The translations under genes and the position numbers were made by a program. The notes beneath the pieces are model-generated. The model did no database searches and was not told where the DNA came from. It saw only the letters and a program-made list of their open reading frames with translations. From Vezdaea acicularis (taxonomy: Eukaryota): DNA of 64,000 nucleotides. This document shows positions 12,767 through 25,486 of this stretch, in pieces. The stretch lies in contig JAPEUI010000025.1 of the NCBI GenBank assembly GCA_026025075.1, positions 62,001 to 126,000 of the forward strand, given 5' to 3'. Each line of letters opens with the position of its first letter. The stretch's first letter is position 1.

Positions 12767-13463
12767 CTACTCATTTGGATTCGGCGCCTTGTCTTTTGGA
12801 ACAACGTCTGCTAGCTCACCACATTTGCCGCATTTTCGCTTTTCGTGGTCATTCCGAAAACCTTCCACAGCTTCTTTGATTTGTGTACCCAGATCAGTAC
12901 AATGGAAGCTTGCCTCATGCACAATAGCCGCACAATTCTGGCAGTACCATCTAAGTCGGTCTTTCGAGTCGGCTGGACGTGGTTGTTCTAACACAATTCC
13001 TACAGTCGTTGCGAAGCGTACAGGGTTGTGTGGAGTGTTTGCTAAGGCGTGTGAGAAGAAACCTGGGACATCTGGAAAGAGGAGTTTACGAGGAAGTAGG
13101 AACATCTCCCCTTCACCAATCGTAATGTCACGGAATTTTCCTTCATCGACAATCTTCAGTAACATTGCCCCACGATATTGGTAGAACCATTCCGCGGTCT
13201 CATTGATGTGATAGTCCGTCCTTGCATTGGGACCTCCTACAATCTGCAAAATGTCTATAATTAGGCGTTCACTGATTACATCTAGACGCACAGGGTCTTA
13301 CCATAACTGTCACATCTTCATTATAGACGCAATAATTATTGATAGGCGGTTGCAAAAGATGGGAATTCTGCTCTAACCTATATTAATGTTATCAATGCAA
13401 ATTCGTGAAACTCGTAAGACATACGGTTTACCATTTGGGTAAATTTAGAGGGGCCAAAAGCAT
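12767..13463 (-). CDS. BNA1: 3-hydroxyanthranilate 3,4-dioxygenase (kynurenine/NAD pathway), 4 exons
   Basis: [47 protein letters not shown] and NTPHNPVRF. Has the rubredoxin-like CxxC pairs WYCQNC and KCGKC. Confidence 0.96.
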
Positions 13464-13714
13464 CTTCAACTACCATGAAGATATTATACGTAAGAGATGC
13501 TGAGGTCAGTACATCTCGCCCAAAGTGGATAAAACAAGCAAGCTTAAGCGGTGGATCTCGGCTTAGATGCCGAAGATTCCCGAGATGTCACGTGGAGCGT
13601 TACAACGTCGTTGTCCAGATGTACGAAGTAAACCACTGCTTCCTGTGCGCGTTCACGTTGACATAGCACCATAGAAAGCATTGGCCAAATCTGTTGTTGG
13701 GCTCTGAACGAAAC

Positions 13715-14403
13715 ATGGATCATTCCCATCATTCTGGCATAGACCATGGGAGTATGGGCGATATGCCCATGTGCTCCATGAAAGTAGGCGCACCCTGCAC
13801 CCTCTCATACCAAAGGCTGAGCCTATGCTAGATGACTTTCCATTGGAATGCGGAAAATCTTTGCATTATATTCTCCAGATGGCGCATCACTAGCACGGTC
13901 ACTCTGCTACTTTCACTTCTAGCAGTCGCTGCACTCACTGCCGGCTATGAATACGTGCGTGCAGTAGCTACGGCATATGACGCTCACTGTCAGGCACGAC
14001 AGGAGGGAAAGTCGCCAATTTTATCACGTAAGCATTCATAGTAACCTGGGGAGGACGTGGGACGCGTACGACAGCTTTGCTGAGAGGTGGTACGGCGTGA
14101 AGAGGTCTCAAACCATACTGAGAGAACATCATTGCTGTTTCCAGGACGAGAGAGAGAGGACGTTGGCGGTGAAAAGCTGCTTAAGGCGCTCTTCTATGCA
14201 GTACAAGTGTTCTATTCTTTCTTTATAATGTAAGTAGCATCTGAATGACTAGCAAGGGCCTGAAGACTGATATTATGTTCCCACATAGGCTGCTCTTTAT
14301 GACATATAATGGCTGGGTGATGTTGGCAGTTGCCGTAGGCGCCTTTGCTGGTTATTTGGTCTGGGGTGGGGGAAGCGCTGCGAAAAGTGTAGCGTGCCAC
14401 TAA
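13715..14403 (+). CDS. CTR2: Ctr-family copper transporter (vacuolar Ctr2-like), 4 exons
   Basis: His/Met-rich N-terminus MDHSHHSGIDHGSMGDMPMCSMK|MTFHW, MLLFM (MxxxM), GAFAG (GxxxG) and C-terminal ACH*. Confidence 0.92.
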
Positions 14404-14498
14404 GCTTTGAAAGGTCAAGAACAGCCATGTTCATTTCACTTCATAGAATTAGGGAATCTGCATTATCTGCTCCGACATTGGCTGACGCCAAACGAGTT

Positions 14499-16126
14499 TT
14501 ATCCAAGCAAGTCTTCGTCACTATCTGCACCAAAGCCAAAGCTAAAAGAACTGTCTTGCGCTTCTCTGATCTCACCGTAAACTACCTCATTCCATTTTCG
14601 CTTTCTGTTGGATTCAACTCCCTCCTCAGACCATGTCGGCCATCGATCCTTCAATCGCTTAACAAACAGATCGTAGGGATTGATGACTTCCTCCTTGAAA
14701 CCAGACGCCTGATCCATATGGTCTTTCAGAAATCTCAGAGCTTGACCAATACCGCGTTCAGGGACGAAATTTTGAGTCAATGCGATCGTTGGATCCAGGT
14801 TCACTACTAAGTGCCACCATCCTGAAGGAACGTATACAAGTTCGCCTTCGCCACAAACGCCTTCGATGCAACCAGGAGTCTCGCGGGCAATAGCATGGAA
14901 ACACAATAGGTATTCAGATATGCTGAGTGGAGACGTAACTTCGGACTTATCCTGAGACACAAAAACGCCTGGTGGAGTTATATGAGGTGGGAAAAGCAGC
15001 CAATATTTTGAACCTCGGATGACAGCGTTCCAGGCACTTGTAGCATTTGGATCCTTGTGAAATGTGCTACCGCTGCGCTCAGGACCGATGATCAGCCAAC
15101 GGCTGTCCGGACGATCCTCGCGAAGGAGCGAGAAAATGTCTTCACCAAAGCAAGAGGGAGTCCAGTAGTCTCCTATAGCGTCCCCACTGGCGGCCACCTT
15201 AAGGTCCATTTTTTCCACGAAGCAACGGTCAAAGAGATATAACGGCGATTCATCGTTGTTATGATACATGTAGTCGATGTAATCCTTGAGAGGCCAATCC
15301 ACAGCTTCTGCCCGGAAAGAAACCTCTGCATAGCTTGATAGCAAGAAATCAATTGTCCAGTTCTCATAGATAGGCCATTTTGCCACCACTGCGTGCAAAA
15401 TAAAGGGTTCAGTGGCCCAAGATGTCGAAAATTCCTTGTAAGAGAGTTGATCGAAACGAGTGATCTCGTTTCTCTTCGGAATGCCCATGGCGTACGGTCT
15501 GAGTGGCGTATGAGCACATTGAAAGGGGCGATACAGAATGTCAGAGAAGACGCCTATGCAAGACACATCCACGGCTTTCGAATTACGGGCCCGAAGAAAA
15601 GTTGAGCGCCAATCTCCCTGCCATTTAGGGTCGATGGTTATAGAGGACCTGGTTCGAAGAAAACTTCAGTAAACAAACGTTTCTTAATCGAGAGCATACA
15701 TGTAAGACGATCCCGACAGGTTAGGAAGAACATAGATAAGCCAAGTATCCGGTAACACTATGAGAGAGAGAATGCCTGATGTGCTACTACAGCCTGTCTG
15801 GGGAAACTGAAGTAGCAAAAGAAAGGAAAGGATCCCGGAAGGATAGGTAATTACTCTAAGAAGATGGTTTTCCACAGTTCTTCTGACACCGAAAATGCAA
15901 ACAGAAATTTGCAGGTCCCTCCAAGGCGTATGTTCGAGCCCGCGTTAAGACACTCAAATATCTTTTGGATGATCTCATCCGGCACCTTTGCGAACAGGCC
16001 TGCTGAATATCTCAAGTTTAGCTTTGCTGCAAAAGCGTTTCCGGACGGTCTGATGCCCAATGGATGGGAGGGAATCGTGACTGTGGTCTCAGTGGCAGTA
16101 TCGTCAGCGCTAAGTGTGCGAGTCAT
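14499..16126 (-). CDS. F-box and JmjC-domain protein (JMJD6-like 2-oxoglutarate oxygenase), 2 exons
   Basis: HPLGIRPSGNA plus F-box (VPDEIIQKIFE). JmjC motifs WLIIGPERSGSTFHKDPNATSAWN and VPSGWWHLVVNL. Intron 15854-15649. Confidence 0.93.
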
Positions 16127-16413
16127 TGCTGCGCGGCCCCCCTTCCCTTATAACTCTGTCGTAGATTTAGCTTGTCAGTATGATTTATACTATAGTTTTT
16201 CGAGTTGACGACCGGGGCGAATAGAGACAATTTGGTACCTAGGTCGCAGAAGATCATAGCCCACATGCTAAAGACATTGTGACTGATAGAAAAGCCAAAA
16301 CGGGCTTGCCACAGTCGAGACCTCTAAAACGATCCTCTGCGGTGAATGACACATGAGTATCTTGTATAGGGCGGTGGAGGGGTTGTTTAGCGCACGGGCT
16401 CCAAGCGAGGCCA

Positions 16414-16421
16414 AAAAATTT
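16414..16421 (-). promoter_or_regulatory. RRPE-like element (AAATTTTT) in the JmjC/eIF4A divergent promoter
   Basis: Matches AAAWTTTT about 290 bp upstream of the eIF4A ATG. The motif is short and could occur by chance. Confidence 0.3.
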
Positions 16422-16704
16422 CGATAAACTTTCGCTGGTCGACAATCTTTCTCCCTCCCACCCTCAACTTAAATTATACATACAACGATCAATACAAATC
16501 GGACCACTACTATACTCTCGGCTGTGAGGTATAGTTCTCTGGTCTTCTAGGCTGTGGAAATTGCTTTAGCCGTTGCAATAGTCCCTTGAGACTTTGTTTT
16601 GCGCTACCTTTCGTACACCCCACATTCCTCACCTCACCTTAGGTCCACCCTCTTAGATCACCAAAAATAGCTTGAGATCTAGACTTCTAGGATCAACCGC
16701 AATC

Positions 16705-18231
16705 ATGGCTGACGCTGGCCTGGAGGAGATCCCTGAGGGTACGTTCTCGTATGATAGTAATTTTCGTCGTTTGCGCGTTGACCAAAGTTCTTTTACTTTG
16801 CGCTATGGAGCAATGGGGGTATCTTAACAATTCTAACAAGTTCTTTTTTCAAAAGGCCAAATCGAATCCAACTATGACGAGCAGACAGACTCATTCGACG
16901 CTATGAACTTGAAGGCTGAACTGCTTCGCGGTAATACGATGCCACTTGGATCATCCAGACTACGCTAGTTGCTAACGGTATTAGGTGTCTATGCCTATGG
17001 CTTTGAACGCCCTTCAGCCATCCAGCAGCGTGCCATCATGCCTGTTATCAATGGTATGGTATGCCTGTTGTTATAAGTAGGGAGGATATGCTGACCAACA
17101 ATTAGGCCGTGATGTAATCGCTCAGGCTCAGTCTGGAACTGGAAAGACCGCAACGTTCTCAATTTCAGTTCTTCAGAAAATTGATCCCGCGGTCACGCAG
17201 TGCCAAGCTTTGATCCTTGCTCCTACCCGTGAGCTGGCTCAACAAATCCAGAAAGTGGTTGTTGCAATCGGCGATTTCATGGACATCAAAACTCACGCTT
17301 GCATTGGCGGCACCAACGTTCGCGATGACATGAAAGCCCTCCAGGATGGACCTCATGTCGTTGTTGGAACGCCTGGCAGAGTGCAAGATATGATCCAGCG
17401 TCGAGTCCTTAAGACAGACCAAATGAAGATGTTCGTTTTAGATGAAGCTGACGAGATGCTCTCTGTAAGCTTCCCTAATAGCTTCATATAACATAACATT
17501 TACTTACATCAATGCTCTTTCAGCGTGGTTTCACCGAACAGATCTATGACATCTTTCAGCTTCTCCCACAAGCTACTCAAGTCGTGTTACTCTCGGCTAC
17601 TATGCCACAAGACGTCCTCGAAGTCACTACCAAATTCATGCGCGAGCCTGTTCGTATCCTTGTCAAGAAGGACGAGCTCACTCTTGAGGGTATCAAGCAG
17701 TTCTATATCGCCGTCGAGAAAGAGGAATGGAAGTTGGACACACTTTCTGATCTCTATGAGACAGTCACTATTACCCAAGCTGTCATCTTTTGTAACACCC
17801 GGAAGAAGGTCGATTGGTTGACCGACAAACTAACCGCGCGTGACTTCACGGTATCCGCTATGCATGGGGATATGGATCAGGTCCAGCGCGATCTGATCAT
17901 GAAGGAGTTTCGCTCTGGCTCGTCCCGTGTATTGATCGCTACTGACTTGCTTGCTCGCGGAATCGACGTTCAACAAGTGTCCCTCGTTATCAATTATGAT
18001 CTCCCGGCAAATCGTGAGAATTACATCCATAGGATTGGTCGCGGAGGTCGTTTTGGCAGGAAAGGTGTGGCCATCAACTTCGTCACTGCAGATGATGTGC
18101 GTATGATGCGAGAGATCGAGCAGTTCTATAGCACGCAGATCGAGGAGATGCCTATGAATGTTGCAGGTATGTCTGCTCCGCATCGATATATTTTTCTTGA
18201 CCAAGGCTGACAGAATTCAGATCTTATCTAG
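16705..18231 (+). CDS. TIF1: Translation initiation factor eIF4A (DEAD-box helicase), 6 exons
   Basis: [60 protein letters not shown] and ending MPMNVA|DLI*. Confidence 0.98.
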
Positions 18232-19028
18232 ACTTTTGCTTCTGCATTTTCTTGGCCATGTCTTCATTCTCGGCATCGCTTCGGTGTTCTCTCAAAAGCA
18301 TCTGGGCCAAATCTGTCGAGGATGCACATGGTTAAGGAGATTGTTGGAATCCAGAAAGGCTGCATAATGTGCTGAAATGATAGTAAAACTTGGCGGACAA
18401 ATGGATCAGGGCTGAGTGCTCAAAGTTCTCTTAAAAATTTCTTTTTGTCTTAAACTGGCAAGCTCTATTAGCATGATATCATGGGAATGCACAATATCAG
18501 ACCTTTCCTCACCATCATGGAATTGATCTTAGCGTTCATCTCTAAGGTCGCTCTATTTGACTTATTGCTTCAAGGAATGATGCTGATATTTGGGTTCATG
18601 AGACGGCGAATCGTCTTCCTTCAAACAAAATGTTGGCAGAACAGATCGGCCCTAGGAATACAAGTGACGATTGATTCTATTTTGTCATGCTCAATAGACC
18701 AACTCATGCCTAGAATGTTGACTCCCAACGATTTATTGACTGGCCGTAAGATACCAAAAGCGTAAGTGCCAGCATTGAAGCTCACTGTCTCGACCCACAA
18801 GACAAAACATTGTAATTTGTCCAGACATAGGTCATTTAGACTGTTAATGCATCGATATGGTGCTGGCCAGATTTTGAAAGGGTTCTATATGATTCACTAC
18901 TTCGGCTAGGTTGTCTCCCCTCCAACTATCCTGCTGTGCTTACTAGGAAACACGAAGCAGATCATTACGCGGAGCATCAGATTCTCGTTAGGCTCCGCAT
19001 GATCTTCTTTCATGCTATACATCTAGAT

Positions 19029-21262
19029 ATGGCTGCTACTGATCCCGCTGATCTACTTTGGCGCTTTCAGCTGCGACAGGATAACCGGGAAGTTTTTACG
19101 AAGATTAGAAGCCTACAAGAGAACATCCAGAAATTCGCCTCGGATTACGGGACCCTTACGATAGATTTGAGAGAATTGAAGAGCAAAGTGAACGAGCCAC
19201 CAAATGTGATCCAAAGGCTCCAACAGGAGCTCCAAATTGTCTCAAGGCTCGCTGAAAATTATACAGGAGAACAGGCATGCTTTAATAAGCAGATTAAAGG
19301 GCAAATTCAGATATTCTCAAGAACAATCGAAGGTCTCAAAGAAGGACAAGTAGAGTTCGAGAAGCGATTTCGAGAAGCCAGCCTAGGTTTGGACGTTGTC
19401 CAAGCCTGTGCCAGGGAATCGGCATTAACATTAGATGATTTAACTCGGAAGTACCGAGACCTGACTTCCCACGTCGACCGCCAATTGAAGCAGCTTGAGC
19501 AAGTGACATCGGAAAACGATGCGAATGTCGAACAATCACTCGCTCAAGCCTCAAATGCTATAGATACTTTGCAGAAGTCATCCAAACTGAACCAGTCACG
19601 TTTAGAGGCAAGACTGGCAGCCTTGGAGGGCTCTTTACAAGCGGAGAGACGGCAACGTAGCATGCTAAATGCCAAGGTGAAGGAATTAGAAGGTGTCCCC
19701 CAAACCCAAGCCCTAGGCTACTTTGACTGCCGACAGGCCACAGCTCGAGAGAATCCGAGCCAAGTGCATCAAAGGGTTACTTCAGGATCTCATAAAAGGC
19801 AGAGGACACCACGAGAAACTGCTAGCAACCTGCGTACCTTGACAGACGATGAGTCGATTGTTCAGGAGTCACACAGTTAGTGGTCATTCCTAAACTGCTG
19901 ATTAAACTCTTTCTAAATTTACTTTCATTTTTAGGTGGACCGTTTCAGAAAGTTGGCACACCTAATCTGCCACTTAATTTATCTCTGACAGCAGGGGTAC
20001 CAGAGTCCTCTGCTTTCGGTCAACCAAACCCCATTTCTTCTTTATTTTACAAAACAGGGGATGAGTCTTCTTCTAGGGCCGAGGCTGGAAACGCCTTGCT
20101 TGAGCAAGCAGGGAGACAATTGAGTGATCTGGGTCGGTCTCTTAGAGTTGTATCGAGTCAGGTTGAATCTAGAAATGATGTTGCTTACAGTGGCCAGGAG
20201 TTAGAAGAGCCCACAGTGAAGGAGAATGTCTGCCTAGCCACTAAATCCATTTCTAGCTCGACAAAGCACGATAACGACCTCAAGGTATCTAACTTTCGAG
20301 CTTTACGGTCTAACACTTTTGAAGGAACTCCTGTTGGTCAGCTATATGAACCCTTAATCTCTTTACCTAGCCCAGATATTTCTCGGCATCTCCAAAATAC
20401 CTTGAACATAGCGCAAGTCAGCAGAGGAAAGGCGGAGAACGCTGAAATTACTGTACAGCCACAACAAACCTCACTAGCTATTTCGTCTTTCGAGGAAACC
20501 CAATCCAGAAACATCCAGTCATCGTCAGATGCTAAATTAAGGGAAAATTCATATGCGCTAAGAGAGAGCCAAAGAGCTACAGGTGCCAGTAACGCGCAAA
20601 ACTTGTCTACCCTATCACCTTCCAAAGGAAAGATGGACAAGGCTACGGGAACAAGCCCGCGGATTATTCCTCAACAGACGGCAAAGATTGAAGCAAAGGG
20701 AAAAGGGGTTATTATCTCCAAATCACAAAGCTCGCCTGTTGTTTCACTCCACACAAGCACGAAGAACAAAGCTGGCCAAGTACAGCTACAGGCTGGCACA
20801 CAACGCGATTCAAAGTTCCTGAAGAAAGAGAAGGGGGCAACAGCCGTCCCTAAGCCTCAAGACTCAGTCCCTAGTTCACCATCTAAAGGAAAAAAGAGGA
20901 AGTACAAAAACGCTCCGTTGCAGCCGCAGACAATTGTACGAAATAACTTAAATCACATGGAGAATATCCAGAACAACTATTGTTCCCAAAGGGCGCTGCT
21001 AGAAGGTACAGCTTCGAAGCGACAGAAACTCATCCAGCAGCGAGCAAGCTATGAAGCGTCTGTTCTGGCCAATATCATAGCTGAGTCACATCGGCAGCGG
21101 GAGCGTTTATCTCCCCAGGTTTCGGCTGAAAGAAGGGCTAGGCCTGTTACTGCCCGGGAGAGGCCAGCAACTAGAGCAGGTACCTTAGCAAGCAAAAGGG
21201 ATGCGGACCTCGAAGCCAACTTAGCAGCCTTACCCGAGAAGTTAAGAAAGACTCTAATGTAG
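19029..21262 (+). CDS. Hypothetical protein: N-terminal coiled coil and low-complexity Ser/Lys-rich C-terminus, 2 exons
   Basis: Two long ORFs are joined in frame by a gttagt...ttttag intron (about 19876-19934). The first exon shows a heptad pattern and the second has NLS-like KGKKRK. The start codon is uncertain. Confidence 0.7.
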
Positions 21263-21557
21263 TAGCAATTGGGAGGTCTCGTAGGATCAAAAATGCTATG
21301 AATGGCTTCATGCGATGAATGCTTTTGGCCTATGGTGGCGGCGATATCTAGCTCTGCGCGAAGCATGAAAGTGCAAAATTGTGAGATTTAGACAGGCCTG
21401 TGGAGAAAGTGTTTTACATGGTAGCTTCCGTGTGCAATTGGAGACGGATGTAAGATATCAACCCCCTGGACCAATCTAACGAATGGTTTGCCTTACCGAG
21501 CTTTTAAGTTGTTTAGGCCATTATAGTCTTAATTCTGTCACGGTACTCCCCTTTCCC

Positions 21558-24500
21558 CTATAACTGGAGCCTCCAAGTTCCTACCTCGAACGGCCTTAAC
21601 TCAACATCTATGGTGTATGATGAGCCGATCTGCTTGATCTTCACAGGCTCCTGGTCATCTTCTAATAAGTTTGTCTTCCAGGCCCTCTTAACCTCAAGCT
21701 TCGTTTCCAGGGTCCCCCTACTCCTACCACCCAACGAGTCGTAGATTCTAATAATAATGCTCCTTCCCTCCCTCACAGCTAATTCGCCCCTAGACACGTC
21801 TTCATCATCCTCCCCGCGCTTAATTGTGTCTAAAATAAGCGACTCGTCTCCCGTAAACTTGATTGAGGAGAGCATGTTGTCCCCAAGCCTCGCCTCTTCA
21901 GGCGAGATAGGCGCGATAAGACGCAAAGGATTATTAAAATTGAATGCCGTCCTCACAGTCGTGCTACCCACGGGTCCCTGGTGGGGTAGAATGGCATACT
22001 TGATGTAGTGTCTACCCATGTCTGCATGAGCGTCTGGAGCCTTTGGTGCCCTCAGAAGACTCAAGCGCATCAGATTTCCGCAAGTGGCAAAGCCGTATTT
22101 GCTATCATTCAGCACACTAACTCCGTAGTCATGCTCCGAAAGATCAGCCCACTTGTGGCAGCAGACCTCGAACTTAGCCATATCCCAGCTGGTGTTGTAG
22201 TGAGTAGGCCTTCGAACAATGCCGTACTGAGTTTCGTAGGATGCTTCCGTGTTCCGGATGTCTACTGGGAATTCGACCTTGAGAAACTTCATGTTTTCGC
22301 GCCATTCAACTTCGCTTTCAATTTGTACGTATGAAGGTGAGCCCCTATGACTGGCGGAGAGGCTGACAGTTGTTATTATCCAGCTCTTAGCACTAATCTT
22401 AGTTTCAGTCACTACGCTGACGCGAGAAGGCCCGGACTCGGCGATGAAGGTCTTGCTTGCATGGAGTTCTTTACGGGTCTCGAGGTGGAAGACTTCGACA
22501 TCCCAGGCTTGCCAATAAAGCGGCTTATCATCGAAGATGACAAGCTGATTCGCTTTTCCGCCCTTAGGAATGACTTCGCGTTTATTGACGAGGTCATAGA
22601 GAGATGTTATGACGCCGGACGACATTTCAACTACGTATTCGTCGTTAGACAACTGAAAAACTCCTTTGGTTACCTCTTTAACAGAAGCTTTGCCGGAGGG
22701 CTTCATAATAACCCCTTCATTGTCAGAAACCAATGCGTATTGAGATGGCTTGTCAATGTTCGATCTTAGGGATTTTGATATGTCTACGTTCTCAACTCTG
22801 CTCCAAGCAAGAGTATTCAACCCTTTAAGCGGCAAGATATCCCTCTCGGTCTTCGAAGAGTCGTAGAAAGTATAACCAAGAGCGAGGAGCGCATCTGTCA
22901 ATAGAGTCTCCCCTCGCTCGAACACTTCCTCATAAAGCTATATGGATCAGCTTTCTCTTTTCTTATTAAAGATAAATCGAGAGTAATACCTTGTCCGAAT
23001 CATCATAGCACATCTCAATACTACTTCCAGGAAGGCAATCATGAAATTGGCAGAGAAGGATCATTTCCCACAGGTCATCTATGTCCTCCTTGGGATATCT
23101 GTAACCGTGTTTCTGCTCGCTCACAACATCCCTCAGACTAGCGAGCGTGGATAGGTACTCGATATCGTGCATCAGTATCTCTGATTTACGGTTGTTTCGC
23201 TTGTTATTTGCTTGAGTTGTGTATGTACCTCGGTGTAGTTCAAAATATAGTTCTCCGTACCAGGTAACGAAGTCAGTTCCCTTTTTCGCTCTTGTCTCAA
23301 GCCTATCGAAGAAGTCCTCGACAGAATCACCCATCTTGACTCTTGGAAGCAGGCCAACGGTATCTGAAAGACCCCTGCAGCGTCTCAGCTTTTCAAGCAT
23401 CTGGAAGGTTGGTCCTCCTCCCCCATCCCCCTTTCCGTAAACTAGCAGAGAAGTGGCGTCTTGATCCATAGATTTGTGCTGAGAAACACTTCTCTTTACA
23501 TCACCAAAGTGAGCGTCAGCTGTGTAGGTCTCAGAAGGGGCCATATGACATATCACTTGACTTCCATCAAGGGATACCCAGTTGAACGTAGTGTGCGGGA
23601 AGTTGTTGATGTTGTTCCAGCTTAGTTTTTGAGTGAAGAATCGGCTCATTCCTGCAAGTCGGCAGAGCTGTGGGAGTTGACTTGAGTATCCAAAGGTATC
23701 TGGCAGCCAGAACGTGCGGCATCGTTCCCCGAAATGGCTCTCGAAGAACCTCTGGCCATAGATGAATTGCCGCACCAGCGACTCCCCACTTGGCATATTT
23801 GTATCGTGCTCGACCCAACTGCCCCCAACGGGCTGGAATGATCCTTTCTTGACCTTCTCCTTTACTCTGTCGAAAAGACTGGGGTAATATTGTTTGAGCC
23901 ATTTGTATTGCTGGGCTTGCGAGCAAGTGAACCGATGTTCGGGATACCTATCCATAAGATCGCACTGATTTGCCCACGATCTTGCAACTTTCCGCTTCGT
24001 CTCCGCCCAGGGCCAGAGCCAGCATGTGTCAATGTGACAATGCCCAATAGCGTAGACCAAGACCTCCTTGTCATTATCATAAACTTTTGCGGAGTTGACA
24101 TGCTCGCCCAAATATTTCTCAGCTAGTTTTCGACACTGCACCAAAGATTCTTGGTTACCAAGCTCAAATGCATTAATGATAGAATTGCCGATCTGCAGCG
24201 CTTCATGGGACTCCCAAGAGTCCCGAGGAAACTCCCTTGCAGCGTCACCCAAAATCCAGAAGTCGATGAAGAGGGCCCTAGCTTCCACATTCACAGCGAC
24301 TATATCGGCTTTTTGCAACCAAAAATATTTGTTTGGGTCCGGCGGCTGAATTGAATCGCCCCCCGGGGCATTTCCGAACATCCCATTGCACGCCATTTCG
24401 ATGTAAAAGATATGCTCCTTGCCGTCTTTCCATGCCTCAGGCAATATCCATTCGGTTCTTTCCCCCCCTCCTGTGAGGCCTTGAAGCGGCTCGCCATCAT

Positions 24501-24964
24501 GAGACCAAATCAAGCCTTCATTATTGGCATCCCAATGGAATTCGAGGTGTCGTTTCTTTCGGAGTTCAGAAGGTATTTTCAAGCATATGCGGAACCAATG
24601 TGTTGACCAACTAGGTCCAAAGGATTCGCCTATCTTGGTAGGCTTGAATTTATGAGATGTTGCAGCCTTGAATGTTGGCCGAGAGAGGTTCGGTGGTGAA
24701 TAGACAGAGAGCGAGCAGCATTCTTCGCCTGAAGCACGACCCTCGTCCATCATCCTAAAATGAGGTCAATATTTCAGCCATTGGACATAAGAGCGCTGGT
24801 AAAACCTACGCAAGTAGATTCTCTTTCTCATATTGCCCTCTGCCTGTGAACTGTTCGAGGCGGCCTTTGTAGATGTCGAAGATCTGCTGGCCCACAGGCA
24901 TTTTTGACAGCTTTGGGTATGAAGTCATAAAGCCTTTCGGCTTAGAACCGGTTTCGCCACCCAT
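21558..24964 (-). CDS. AMS1: Cytosolic/vacuolar class IIC alpha-mannosidase (GH38), 3 exons
   Basis: IGHCHIDTCWLWP, FWLPDTFGYS, GELYFELHRGTYT, CQFHDCLPGS and WDMAKFEVC. Confidence 0.97.
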
Positions 24965-25486
24965 GATGACTTTTGGTACAGCTTCCTTTGCTACGACCAA
25001 GGGTTGATTGAAAAGAGCTGGTCTACAGTGAAATAATTGTTAGTGGGAAGCATTGCCAGGAGCTTCAGGCGAGGGGTCTGTGGAAGAGGCTAGCCTCCCG
25101 CTCGCAGCGGGGTACGCTCCGCCGGCCAGGAAACAGCGAGAAGTCTCAAAAAGGATCATTGCACTTACACGGACATCCTGTAGAATTTTCAGTAGATTGG
25201 CAAGGAATTCTGAGAAGTTATCAGAGAAGTTACTGTGGCAGGTGTATGGCTTTCCCGCGTTGGACATATACGAATCTAGGATATAATGGAGCTCCCGCCA
25301 TCGGCGCATCGTCGCTGCGGTGTCCCGCATTCGACAAAGGGACAAGCTACTTCTTACCCGAGCTGACAGAAAGCTCCAATCTCATATGTACATATTTGGA
25401 GCTCTTTTTGCTTTCTTAAGTGTCTTCCAGAGGAGAAGAAAATGTGATAATATAGAGACCCAGCGTAGAAGCCAAAGCAGCCTGGT

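Noticed and set aside
16500..16860. Possible snoRNA in the eIF4A leader or first intron (small hairpins such as actatac/gtatagt)
   Set aside because: No properly spaced C/D or H/ACA boxes found.
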